From: Candidatus Binatia bacterium
Lineage (GTDB): Bacteria; Desulfobacterota; Binatia; Bin18
Direction: 5' to 3'
Assembly (NCBI GenBank): GCA_963666315.2
Contig: CAXXHG010000001.1
Span: 14,681-78,680, forward strand
DNA length: 64,000 nucleotides
The notes under the pieces were generated by a model that made no database searches, was not told the origin of the DNA, and saw only the letters and a list, made by a program, of their open reading frames with translations. Of the stretch, positions 10,294-19,786 are shown piece by piece (the first letter of the stretch is position 1; every line of letters starts with the position of its first letter). A program made the translations under genes and the position numbers.

Positions 10294-11238
10294 ATGACGC
10301 AGCGGGTTGCCGTCTGTGAACCTTCGTTAGCCTTGCCAGAAGAAGGATATGTCCGGACCTTCGAGGCCCAAGCTGACTATCTTTTAGACGCGACCGTGCG
10401 CATTCGGGGGACCCTGTCTGATCACCGGTGTCGGCTGGAATACGATTGGGTGGTGCAAATCCCGGAATGTGAAATCCTGCGCGCCTCCGCCCAGCATCTG
10501 TTGGGCGAACCGACTGTTCTCTCTGCGCAGCTGCAAGGCAGTTCCTCAGATATTCTGGGCGTATGTACGAGCCAGGGCTTTACCAAAACGATGCGGCAGA
10601 CGCTCGGCCATCTGCCCGGTCATCAAGAGCATCTTGCGCTGGCAATCGAAATGGCCCGCGTGAGCCTCCAGGCGTACCCAGTCCCCAAAGGGGATCATAA
10701 ACGCTTTGAGGCGTCCGTTGCGGCAATACCGCCTGGTCCGCATCGTTTGGCGCGTATGGTCTGGGAGCGAGACCGGGCTGACTGGCCCTGGCTGCGGAAC
10801 TCGTGCCATACCTACCGTGATGAATCGGCATCATCGTTTGATGAGCATACGGCTGTCGGTTTTGATCTCGATAGTGTGTCGCCCGAGCCGGGACAAGAAC
10901 GATTCTTCTGGCGCCGTAAGCGCATGAAAATTTCGGCTCACCAAAACCCTTTGCGCTTTCAGTGCCAAAACGACATGACTGACTCATATCAGGAGATGCG
11001 GGTCGCGTTTGACCTTGAAGCAGACGGCACAATGAATAACGCCACGAGCCGAGGTGTTCGCTTACCGTTCCAGGGCCTGTGTGAGGCACCGCAGCGTAGG
11101 ACGGTCGGACTCAACGGGCTTACGCTCAATAAAGAATTTTCTCGACTGATCGCGGATCAAGTTGGCGGATCAACCGGCTGCAGTCATCTGTTTGATTTGG
11201 CAACGGACTGCTTGCGCCTATTCACCTGGCGAGACTAA
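10294..11238 (+). CDS. Tandem DUF2889-domain protein
   Basis: Two related halves; GGSTGCSHLFDL, NSCHTY and GLCE motifs. Confidence 0.65.
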   Translation: MTQRVAVCEPSLALPEEGYVRTFEAQADYLLDATVRIRGTLSDHRCRLEYDWVVQIPECEILRASAQHLLGEPTVLSAQLQGSSSDILGVCTSQGFTKTMRQTLGHLPGHQEHLALAIEMARVSLQAYPVPKGDHKRFEASVAAIPPGPHRLARMVWERDRADWPWLRNSCHTYRDESASSFDEHTAVGFDLDSVSPEPGQERFFWRRKRMKISAHQNPLRFQCQNDMTDSYQEMRVAFDLEADGTMNNATSRGVRLPFQGLCEAPQRRTVGLNGLTLNKEFSRLIADQVGGSTGCSHLFDLATDCLRLFTWRD

Positions 11239-11255
11239 CCGGTCGCCTCACGCCT

Positions 11256-12116
11256 TCATTGGTCCGCCCGTGCCTGAACAATCCAGGCGGCGCTATGAAG
11301 ATTTACGCTGTCCCCATCCTCATGAGGAGCAAGCGCCTTACGGATGGCATCAGCAACACGCGTGCGCGTAGCCTCATCTGATTCGCGCAAAAGAGATGCA
11401 ACCGGACCGATTGCCAGGAGGAATTTCACAGCACCTTCTACGCCTGTCTCTCCGCCCAGGCTCATATCTGTTTCATAGGACTGGAGGTTCACGTCTCGAA
11501 AACCAGCTGACTCAAGAATATCACGCACCCGATCAGGGTCAGCAAAAGCAAACGGGCCTGGAGTGCCGGGTTCTGGCGGAGGAGGAAGGGGAACATGTTG
11601 AGCCGCGGCCTGAAGCGGAACTCGAACCCAGTCGTTTTTCTTCAATTCCTGCCAGCAAATGAAACACAGTCGCCCTCCAGATTGGAGGGCAGTACGCAGA
11701 TTGCCAAAAGCCTTTCTGGCATCATCGAAAAACATGACACCAAAACGAGAAAAAATCAGATCAACGCTTGCTGACTCAAACTGATGCGCCTGAGCATCAG
11801 CGTTGATGAAGGTGAGGTTCTCAAGCTGCTGTTCCTGTTGACGCTCACGCGCACGACCCAGCATAGGCTGGGATATATCAACACCAGTCACTGAGCCTTG
11901 GGGACCGACCCGTTCCGCTAAGGCAAGTGAGGTTTGTCCGCACCCGCAGCCGACGTCGAGGACGGACTCGCCTCGTTGTGCGGCCGCTTTATCCAACGCA
12001 ACGAGTCCGAACGGACTGATCTGGGCGTCGAGCATCTCTTGGCGCTGTACCCATTGCGGACCGCCTCGTTCGTTCCAATACTCAATCTGCTCTGCATTGG
12101 CTTGTGCATCTGCCAT
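11256..12116 (-). CDS. Class I SAM-dependent methyltransferase
   Basis: VLDVGCGCG, SRFGVMFFDD, PGPFAFADP. Confidence 0.9.
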   Translation of the reverse strand: MADAQANAEQIEYWNERGGPQWVQRQEMLDAQISPFGLVALDKAAAQRGESVLDVGCGCGQTSLALAERVGPQGSVTGVDISQPMLGRARERQQEQQLENLTFINADAQAHQFESASVDLIFSRFGVMFFDDARKAFGNLRTALQSGGRLCFICWQELKKNDWVRVPLQAAAQHVPLPPPPEPGTPGPFAFADPDRVRDILESAGFRDVNLQSYETDMSLGGETGVEGAVKFLLAIGPVASLLRESDEATRTRVADAIRKALAPHEDGDSVNLHSAAWIVQARADQ

Positions 12117-12189
12117 AGGGTTCTCCCACGAATCTCTAAATGATAGCTCTGGCGTGCCTTCTCGCGAACGTCAGGCATGACATGCTGGC

Positions 12190-12222
12190 CATACGCTCGG
12201 GCGAGGTGACCTCGCCCCTACA
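12190..12222. repeat. GTAG-family REP-like palindrome, copy A
   Basis: gggcgaggtgacctcgcccctac hairpin ending in CTAC; near-identical to 13418-13450. Confidence 0.75.
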
Positions 12223-12236
12223 TACGTTACAAGGCA

Positions 12237-12524
12237 TCACGATTGCGAATGTATCACTCCTGCTGCTTCCTCCGATGCAATAACCGGCGATGCAACAACC
12301 GGGATGATCTCGAACTCGACCAAAGCATGCCACTCGGACAGCCACTGCTGGAAAAGGCGTGGATCATGACATTCCATCAACTGAAAGCAACGATCAAAGT
12401 TGGCTTCGACCCAGCTGTCAATATACTGCAAACCCTCAGGCAGCATGAGTCCGTGCTCTTTGGCGCGTCGATAGACCGCTTTGGCATCCCGATTCTTAAA
12501 GTGCTCGATGACCATGAAGAGCAT
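12237..12524 (-). CDS. DUF3303 family protein
   Basis: MLFMVIEHF...LPEGLQYIDSWVEANFDRCFQLMEC...VEFEIIPV. Confidence 0.8.
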   Translation of the reverse strand: MLFMVIEHFKNRDAKAVYRRAKEHGLMLPEGLQYIDSWVEANFDRCFQLMECHDPRLFQQWLSEWHALVEFEIIPVVASPVIASEEAAGVIHSQS

Positions 12525-12534
12525 GGGGTGCCCT

Positions 12535-13350
12535 TTAAAACACGATGGGTAGTTCCAAATACTCCTGATAAATGAAGTCGCGCTGTTCTAAGAGAGCGGG
12601 GGAGAGCGCGGCCGCGATCGTTGGATCAGCGTTCGCATAGAAACCGCGAAAGGCCGTGGCCATGGGGCATTGTTCTTCCGGGAGAGGGTGTATCAGTGCG
12701 ACAAACGTTGCCCAGTAAATGTCCAGGGCGGAAAGCTGATTGCCAATAAAGAATTGACTGCCCTGAGACTTCTGTTGTTCAAGCCGTGAGGCCAAAGAGC
12801 GAATAACTGTCGCCATACGCTCTGGCGCGGTTTCGGCTGCTTCCGGGCTATAACCATATTTGTTGCCAAAGCCGGTCCAAAAGGCTCTGGTTGCATCGTC
12901 TACGTCAGGATTAGTGAGCATGCTATGGACCATCAGGAGTCGTTTTGACCAGGCGTAGCCGCTCTCACCACAGATCTCATTGCAATAGCCAAACATCAGC
13001 ATGCGGTCTTCGATGTTGTTAGGGATCAGCGACGGGTTGGGCTCGAGCCGCTCAGCAAGGTAAAGCTGCTCGAACCATTTCGAGCGCGGTGGCTCGTCAT
13101 TCCAAATTGCGACCGGCGCGCTGGACTGAGCTGTCCAGTCGCGCAGTTCTTTATCATTGCCATCCAGTCCGGCTGCGACAACGGGTGTGTAGGAAATCCC
13201 TTTGACATAAAAGAGTCCTTTGCACGCTTCGCGCCACGGGCCAGGAATGGCATAGTTGCCCAAGACTAGCCGCAGGCCGGACATCTTCTTTGCGTCTTCA
13301 ATGCTGGCGTAGTCAAGAGTGATTGCGTCAAGACCAATTTCTGCTGCCAT
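12535..13350 (-). CDS. Glutathione S-transferase-like protein
   Basis: PGPWREACK N-terminal motif, QSSAPVA, FFIGNQLSALDIYWATF. Confidence 0.7.
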   Translation of the reverse strand: MAAEIGLDAITLDYASIEDAKKMSGLRLVLGNYAIPGPWREACKGLFYVKGISYTPVVAAGLDGNDKELRDWTAQSSAPVAIWNDEPPRSKWFEQLYLAERLEPNPSLIPNNIEDRMLMFGYCNEICGESGYAWSKRLLMVHSMLTNPDVDDATRAFWTGFGNKYGYSPEAAETAPERMATVIRSLASRLEQQKSQGSQFFIGNQLSALDIYWATFVALIHPLPEEQCPMATAFRGFYANADPTIAAALSPALLEQRDFIYQEYLELPIVF

Positions 13351-13417
13351 TGTGTTCTTCTCCTTTTTTTCCGAGAGCTGAGGCTACTCTGTATCAGTCT
13401 GGAGTCCTGCTTGCCAG

Positions 13418-13450
13418 CATACGCCCGGGCGAGGTGATCTCGCCCCTACA
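13418..13450. repeat. GTAG-family REP-like palindrome, copy B
   Basis: gggcgaggtgatctcgcccctac; direct repeat of 12190-12222. Confidence 0.75.
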
Positions 13451-13453
13451 CGT

Positions 13454-13852
13454 CTAGACCGCTGCTATCTTCTGTCGAGTGAGCGCCAGCGATTCGTTAA
13501 AATGTGTTTCCACCAACATAATGCCGAGGCTTTCCGCTGTCGCACGATCCTGTGCATCCCAACCGTCTTCGACCCACACAATCCTCTTTCTTGGTCCGAT
13601 CAGGCCGGCTAACCCTTCGGTTTTCGTAGCCTTCCACGACAGCGAGGGCAGCTGGATATCCAGCGTTGCGAATTCTGGATGAATGTCAGCCTGCCAAGAA
13701 GAGAGGATGAGGACGACGTGGAACTGCTGCTGACACCAGGCGACAAATTCTTGGACGCCCTCTTTCCAATCCGTCCCGTGTATGGTGCCAGAAGCACCCT
13801 GGATGGATTTCAGAACGCCATCCACATCGAGTAAGAGAATATTCGTCGTCAT
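13454..13852 (-). CDS. Minimal cap-less HAD-superfamily protein (Swiss-Army-Knife RNA-repair HAD-like)
   Basis: LLLDVDGVL motif I, LSSW motif II, K, and VWVEDG motif IV. Confidence 0.65.
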   Translation of the reverse strand: MTTNILLLDVDGVLKSIQGASGTIHGTDWKEGVQEFVAWCQQQFHVVLILSSWQADIHPEFATLDIQLPSLSWKATKTEGLAGLIGPRKRIVWVEDGWDAQDRATAESLGIMLVETHFNESLALTRQKIAAV

Positions 13853-13865
13853 GTTTTACTACGGT

Positions 13866-15395
13866 TTAGCGGTGATAGGAGTGTGTGTCGCCGCTTTTCG
13901 CGGCGGCTCGTGCTAATCCGCGCAGAGAAAGCCGGCGATTCGGGGCACGTAGGAGAGATGCCTCGAACTGGGCCACCGCTTCTTTTGGTCGATCAAGCTC
14001 TAGCAAAATTTCTCCGTACAATTCGTGGGCGGGCTTAATGGGTATAGCCGCTCCATTGGGTAAGCCAATACTTTCTGCAATGGCTACCGCTTCAGCCATG
14101 AGTGCAATTGCTTCATCGTTTTGTCCCTGGGCCAAACGGACCAAGGCCGCGACCTCTCGATGCATGATGGTCAGGGCTTGTTGAGCCCGTTTGTTGCGAG
14201 ACGGTTGCTCTTCTTTCTCCAGTTCTACCAGCTTCGCCTCTGCCTGCTGAGCGGTTTGTACATCGCCTAGGCGCACGGCGCTCAGTGCCGTTGCCATGAG
14301 CTCGTGGGAGGTAAGCTTGTCGGTGACAGGGAGTTTCTCCCACTGCTCGCTCTCAATGATATAGCGTGCGGTCATTTCTCCTACACCTTCATGGACTCTT
14401 GGGACTGTGCTTTTCTCAGCTACTATCCGAAGAAGATCAATCGCCTGCTTGGCCTTGTTCCAGTCCCTTTGTTGCAGAACACCATACTGGCCCCAATCCA
14501 AGGCGTGCCATACATAGACATCATTAAAATATTTCTTTGTCTCGGAGAATGTGTCCCGCTGCTGCCACAGGGCGAGAGCAGACTGGTAAGAGGCATCATT
14601 CGAAGCCACGACTTCGGCCCACATCCCGTGCTGAATAAAAATATGCGAAGGCATATGCAGGGCATGCGAGACATCCGGCGCAAGCTCGGCGTAGCGCTCA
14701 GCCGCAGCCAGGGCCAGCGGTGCGTGAATAGGGTCATCGAACGCATGAATAATATAATGGGCGGCGCCAGGGTGGTTCGGATGTTTGCGAAAGACGTCCT
14801 GCGCAATCGCGCCTGCCTTCATCCGAACCCGAAAAGTTGACTCCGCCCCCCAGGTATCCCCGAGATGGCGGACGGTCCCCAATAGGGCAACGGCGTACAA
14901 TGCCTGAAGCTCCTCATCATGAGGATATTGGGCGGCTAACTGACCCATGGCATCTGCGTACGCAAACGCACGTTCTGATTCGCTACCTTCTCCATACAGA
15001 ACCTCGACTGCGGCGAGCAATCCAGCTTCACGCGGAGTTGGGGCTTTTGCTGCGCGTCTAGCTGGAGAGGAGCCGAGCCGGGCAAGCACTTTTCTCGGTG
15101 TTTCAAGGTCGCGTTCTGGCAGAAGGGGATGGTTATGGCTTAATGCCTCTCCCCAGTAGGCCAGAGCAAAATCAGGTTCCACTTTGGAGGCAGCCTGGAA
15201 CGCCTCGGCCGCGTCCTCGAAACCAAAACTATGTAGATATTTCACACCTCTAAGAAAGTGTTCTTGAGCCGCAGCTGACCCGGATGTCGGAAAATTCAGT
15301 TCTCCAAGCTGCTCGGCTTGCACTTCTGACTGGTGAAAGAAGCCTGCAGTTATTAAGAACAGGACGACCATGCTTATTGTTACTCTTCGTTTCAT
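13866..15395 (-). CDS. Secreted TPR-repeat protein, possibly C-terminally truncated
   Basis: Signal peptide, FPTSGS..AQEHFLRG, HPGAAHYIIHAFD, HALHMPSHIF. Confidence 0.8.
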   Translation of the reverse strand: MKRRVTISMVVLFLITAGFFHQSEVQAEQLGELNFPTSGSAAAQEHFLRGVKYLHSFGFEDAAEAFQAASKVEPDFALAYWGEALSHNHPLLPERDLETPRKVLARLGSSPARRAAKAPTPREAGLLAAVEVLYGEGSESERAFAYADAMGQLAAQYPHDEELQALYAVALLGTVRHLGDTWGAESTFRVRMKAGAIAQDVFRKHPNHPGAAHYIIHAFDDPIHAPLALAAAERYAELAPDVSHALHMPSHIFIQHGMWAEVVASNDASYQSALALWQQRDTFSETKKYFNDVYVWHALDWGQYGVLQQRDWNKAKQAIDLLRIVAEKSTVPRVHEGVGEMTARYIIESEQWEKLPVTDKLTSHELMATALSAVRLGDVQTAQQAEAKLVELEKEEQPSRNKRAQQALTIMHREVAALVRLAQGQNDEAIALMAEAVAIAESIGLPNGAAIPIKPAHELYGEILLELDRPKEAVAQFEASLLRAPNRRLSLRGLARAAAKSGDTHSYHR

Positions 15396-15477
15396 GCTGC
15401 TCTTCCCTTCGACTATACTGTCGCTTCACATACCTGCGTTACGCTGAATTATATGTGAGCGGAATGTCCGCGGCCAG

Positions 15478-15527
15478 GTAGGTGGGGTAGGCCAGGTAGA
15501 TTGAGTGAGTGGAGTGTAACCCAACAC
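15478..15527. repeat. Degenerate GTAG-family REP (GTAGGTxGGG...AACCCAAC type)
   Basis: gtaggtggggtag...gtaacccaacac in intergenic DNA. Confidence 0.4.
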
Positions 15528-15655
15528 CGCTGAGCTATCAAAGTCGACGAACATCTGTGTAGAGCTTTTCGATTATTTTCTTTTCATACTGTGATGGAGT
15601 TAACGCAGCGAACTCGTTATATAGGCCAAACTGCAACACAGAGAGGAGAAAAATC

Positions 15656-16357
15656 ATGAGTAAGCCGGTATGTGTCATCATTGGAGTAGGACCGGGAAAC
15701 GGGGCATCCTTTGCGCGGAAGTTTGCAGCCGAAGGATATGAAGTGGCCTTGTGTGCGCGCAACGAGGCGTATCTGAACGAACTGGCGGCCGACATTGCTG
15801 GGACACATGTATATCCGTATGATGTGTGTGCTACGGATGCTGCGACTGGCGTTTTTGATCGCATTCGCCAAGATCTCGGTCCGGTAGCGGTACTCGCTTA
15901 TAACGCGGGGACCGGCGATTTTATTAATATCGATAAGACTACTGTTGAGGGCCTCCAGCTGGCGTGGGAAGTCAATACGCGGGGTTTGTTTGTCGCTACG
16001 CAGCAAGTCCTGCCCGATATGCGTAAGGCCGGCGGAGGCAATATTGTTGTGAGTGGTGCGACTGCTTCTCTGCGTGGTGGGGCCAATGCGGCTCCGTTTG
16101 CCTCAGCCAAGGCCGCGCAGCGGAGTCTGACTCAATCCATGGCGCGCCATCTTGGACCGGAAAAGATTCATGTGTCATACGTAATTATTGACGGAGTGAT
16201 TGATATCCCGTACATCCGCGAAATGATTCCGGACCAACCGGCCGAATTTTTTCTGCCCCCGGATGCAATTGCTGACGCGGTATTCTATCTGATTCAACAG
16301 CCGCAAGGCGCGTGGACGTTTGAGTTGGATGTGCGGCCCTTCGGGGAGAAGTGGTAA
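15656..16357 (+). CDS. SDR-family oxidoreductase
   Basis: GVGPGNG, YNAG, GATASLRG, FASAK, WTFELDVRPFGEKW. Confidence 0.9.
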   Translation: MSKPVCVIIGVGPGNGASFARKFAAEGYEVALCARNEAYLNELAADIAGTHVYPYDVCATDAATGVFDRIRQDLGPVAVLAYNAGTGDFINIDKTTVEGLQLAWEVNTRGLFVATQQVLPDMRKAGGGNIVVSGATASLRGGANAAPFASAKAAQRSLTQSMARHLGPEKIHVSYVIIDGVIDIPYIREMIPDQPAEFFLPPDAIADAVFYLIQQPQGAWTFELDVRPFGEKW

Positions 16358-16388
16358 AAAAAACCTAACACCGCATAAGGAGGACACC

Positions 16389-16817
16389 ATGGCAGCAGAT
16401 ACGCAGAGTTTAGAAGCCGCCTTTCATGTCTGGAAAGACGGTCTCAACACCGGTGACTTGGATGCCTTTTGGCAGGCGTTTGATGCAGAGGCGGAAATTC
16501 TTGACGAAGACTTTCCGTGGCGGATGGATCTGGACGACTTTAAGGATCACATTGATTTTCATGCGGGCGGGGAGGGCAGGAAGGGGATGTGGGAGTCTTT
16601 TGAATGGCGTCCACGTGAAATGCATTTTAAGGTATTCGGCGATACCGGACATGTGAGCGGTTTCTCAACGTTCCGAGGCAAACCGCGTGACGCGGGTTTC
16701 CGTCAGCGGTTTATGGGCTTTACCACCACCTGGACCTATCGCGACGGAGTCTGGAAATTAATCTGCTGGCATCAAAGCCCGTTGATCGGGAGAATTCTTG
16801 AGGCTTCACCGAGCTAA
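16389..16817 (+). CDS. NTF2/SnoaL-like (DUF4440) protein
   Basis: AGGAGG RBS; TTTWTYRDGVWKLICWHQS C-terminal motif. Confidence 0.75.
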   Translation: MAADTQSLEAAFHVWKDGLNTGDLDAFWQAFDAEAEILDEDFPWRMDLDDFKDHIDFHAGGEGRKGMWESFEWRPREMHFKVFGDTGHVSGFSTFRGKPRDAGFRQRFMGFTTTWTYRDGVWKLICWHQSPLIGRILEASPS

Positions 16818-16847
16818 AATACACTGTGGTTGGCGTGCGTTTCCTGT

Positions 16848-16874
16848 GTAGGGGCGATCCCACATGATCGCCCT
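16848..16874. repeat. GTAG-family REP-like palindrome
   Basis: gtaggggcgatcccacatgatcgccct. Confidence 0.65.
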
Positions 16875-16965
16875 CAAGGCTCTCAGCAGACAGCTGTTTG
16901 CATAGCGTTTTTTCAGATACGATGCACCTCGGTCTGGCATGTCAGGTTCCAAAAAGGAGAAGGCT

Positions 16966-18035
16966 ATGTCTGCAGTCCAAGCCGATAACACGCCTACGAC
17001 TGGTCCCGAACTCGTGGCGCGTACGCGTGCACTCATGCCCATACGGGCAGAAAACGCACTACAGGCGGAAAAACAACGCAAGCCAGTTGACGCGGTCATT
17101 AAAGCGCTGGAAGAAGCCGAAATTTATAAGCTCATGGTCCCCAAATGTTACGGCGGGCTTGAGCTTGATCTGGACACTTTTTCGACGTCGGGGTGGCGCT
17201 CGGCGAAGGGGATGCCTCCACCGCCTGGGTGTCAAATTTCTATGTCGAGCATAACTGGATTTTGAGCCAGTTTCCCGAGGCATTCCAGAAGGAGTTGTTT
17301 GCCGATCGGTCCTATATCCTGGCGCCGGCTATGGTTGCCTTGGCGGGCACAGCGGTTCCGGAAGGCGACGGCTATCGCATCACCGGACGCTGGCAATAGG
17401 CCTTCGGCATTATGCACGCGCAATGGGTGATCCCCGCCGCCCTTGAAATGACAGCAGAGGGGAAACCGAATCCGCGCTGGTTTGCGCTGCCTGTGTCTGA
17501 GGTGAAAGTCGAAGACACCTGGTATGTCGACGGCATGTCCGGCACGGGCAGTAATGACGTTGTTATCGAAGACGTGTTTATTCCAGCCGAGCGGAGCGTC
17601 TCGATCATAGAGATGGGTAGTGGCCACGCCCCTGGCTCACGGCTACACGACGGTCCTCTGTACCGCACGCCGATGATGCCGATTCTGACACTTGCCGCGG
17701 CTATGCCCGCCTTCGGCCAAGCCAAGACCGTTGTCCGGCTATTTCGTGAACGGCTGACTCAGCGGATACTCCTAGAAACGCAAAACAAGCAGGCAGACCG
17801 ACCGGCCGCACAGATGCGGCTTGCCCGTGCGGAGATAGAGGTTGGGGAAGTAGAATTGCTCGTGCGCAATACGGTTGAAGATGTATGTACCCGGCGCAAC
17901 ACGGGGACATTGGAAGATCGAGCCCGCTGGGCAACCCAACTGGCCCTGGCTGTAGACCGATGTAAACGGATCATTCAAAGCGTGTACGAGGCGAGCGGCG
18001 CGCACTCCCACTTTTTGGACAGCCCGTTTCAGCGT
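16966..18035 (+). pseudogene. Acyl-CoA-dehydrogenase-fold flavin monooxygenase (HsaA-like), disrupted
   Basis: Frameshift in a T-run at about 17180, in-frame TAG at 17397-17399 (expected Trp), DTWYVDGMSGTGSND motif; homology breaks off after SPFQRA. Confidence 0.8.
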
Positions 18036-18594
18036 GCCTGTGCGTGTGGTGCTGGGTGGACTCTTTCCTGGTACGTCGCGTCTCATGAACGAGCAAACGA
18101 AGAATGAAATCCGTGAACACTGGGGGCATGTAAACGAATTATCAGGTCAGCCCTTTAACTACGATTTCTTTGATCGCACAGCCTTTACTTACGATACTGA
18201 ACCGGCTTGTCGAGCAGTCGTGACCGTACGACGGTTGCAGCTCACTACTACGCTCCCCATGCTCGAGCACTTGCCCCGCAGCTTCTATACCCAGAACCTC
18301 GATATTACTCAGACCGAAACTTTGAGTGAGGTTGCGAGCGAAGTTGGCCTAGACCCTGAGGCGTTTGGCGCAGCCTTTGACTCTCAGGACATACGCGAAG
18401 AGACTCAGCGAGATTTTCAATTCTCACGCAGGCTGGGAGTATCCGGCTTTCCGACACTTGTCGCCAGCGAAGGCGAAGCCTGCGCTGGCGTGACCGTGGG
18501 CTATCAACCTTTGGATAAAATTATGCCGGTGCTGGATGCCTGGGTAGCCGGGCGTGCGCGTCTTGCGATACCAGAGCAGAAACAAGAGGAGTAG
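18034..18594 (+). pseudogene. DsbA/FrnE-family protein lacking the N-terminal CxxC region
   Basis: YDTEPACRAVV and LGVSGFPTL motifs; upstream frame closed by TAG at about 17953, no CxxC. Confidence 0.7.
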
Positions 18595-18619
18595 CGCCAC
18601 AACACAGAAAGGAAACACA

Positions 18620-19720
18620 ATGCAATTGGGAGGCTCACTCATCTGCCAGAACTACTTTCGGTCACCGAGGCCAGACTACGAGATTTATGAAGAAGACCTG
18701 GCACTCACCGAGATGTACGAAGACCTCGGTTTTGACATGGTCTGGTCGGTTGAACATCACTTCACCGACTACGAATTGATACCTGATCCGCTCCAGATGC
18801 TGAGTTATGTGTGTGGCCGGACGAAGAAGATCGGGCTCGGGACATTTGTCATCGTCCATTCGTGGCACGATCCAGTTCGGGTCGCCGAGCAGATCGCCAT
18901 GTTGGATAACTTTTCGCGCGGACGCGAACTGCTGCTCGGTTTTGGGCGTGGCGTAGGCCAGGTTGAGTACGACGGCTTTCGGGTTTCGATGAGTGAAGCG
19001 CGTGAGCGCTTGGTCGAGAGCATTGAAGTAGTGAAACTTGGCCTGGGACAAGAACGTTTTTCTTTCGATGGCAATTATTTCAAGATCCCGGAAATGAGTA
19101 TCCGCCCTCGTCCCGTGACTCCGGATCTGACCGACCGGATGTACGGTGCGATTATTAGTCCTGAGACCGGAGACATCATGGCCAAAGCGGGCTTGGGGAT
19201 GCTGATCATTCCGCGAAAGAGCTGGGCGGAGCACATGAAGGACCATGAAGCCTACCAAGCGTCATGCGCTAAATTCGGCACGTCGGCGCGGCGACCGATT
19301 ATCACGGCTTGGATCTATTGCTCTCAAGATGAGACGGCCGAGGCAGACGGCCGAAAGTGGATCGTGGATTATGCTGACACGGCAATGAGCCATTACGGCT
19401 TCGACGAACCCGAGCACTTGCGAGCCGCCAAAGGTTATGAGGTCTATGCGCAGTTGGCCGAAGCGAGTCAGAAGACTGCGAACGCGTTTCAGGAAGAGTT
19501 TGCGAAAACACAGATCTTTGGTACGCCGGAGCAGTGTATTGCGGCCATTCGCGAGCTACGGCAATGTGTGAATCCGGATCAGTTTGTTGGCGTTTTCAAA
19601 TACGGCAGCATGCCGAATGAGGTGGCCGTGCGCAGCACGCAGTTGTTTGCATCAGAAGTCATGCCGGTGATTCGGGCTGATGATGAGCAGGTTCAGGACC
19701 AACCTGCGGCTGCACTTTGA
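18620..19720 (+). CDS. LLM-class flavin-dependent oxidoreductase
   Basis: GFDMVWSVEHHFTDY, DPVRVAEQIAMLD, GFGRG. Confidence 0.9.
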   Translation: MQLGGSLICQNYFRSPRPDYEIYEEDLALTEMYEDLGFDMVWSVEHHFTDYELIPDPLQMLSYVCGRTKKIGLGTFVIVHSWHDPVRVAEQIAMLDNFSRGRELLLGFGRGVGQVEYDGFRVSMSEARERLVESIEVVKLGLGQERFSFDGNYFKIPEMSIRPRPVTPDLTDRMYGAIISPETGDIMAKAGLGMLIIPRKSWAEHMKDHEAYQASCAKFGTSARRPIITAWIYCSQDETAEADGRKWIVDYADTAMSHYGFDEPEHLRAAKGYEVYAQLAEASQKTANAFQEEFAKTQIFGTPEQCIAAIRELRQCVNPDQFVGVFKYGSMPNEVAVRSTQLFASEVMPVIRADDEQVQDQPAAAL

Positions 19721-19744
19721 TTCGTATCTGTAGCCAGATTGAAG

Positions 19745-19770
19745 AGGGGCCGTTCACAGACGGCCCCTTT
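19745..19770. terminator. Hairpin between convergent genes (probable terminator)
   Basis: aggggccgt-tcacag-acggcccct followed by tt. Confidence 0.6.
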
Positions 19771-19786
19771 CATCCATCCAATCCCC

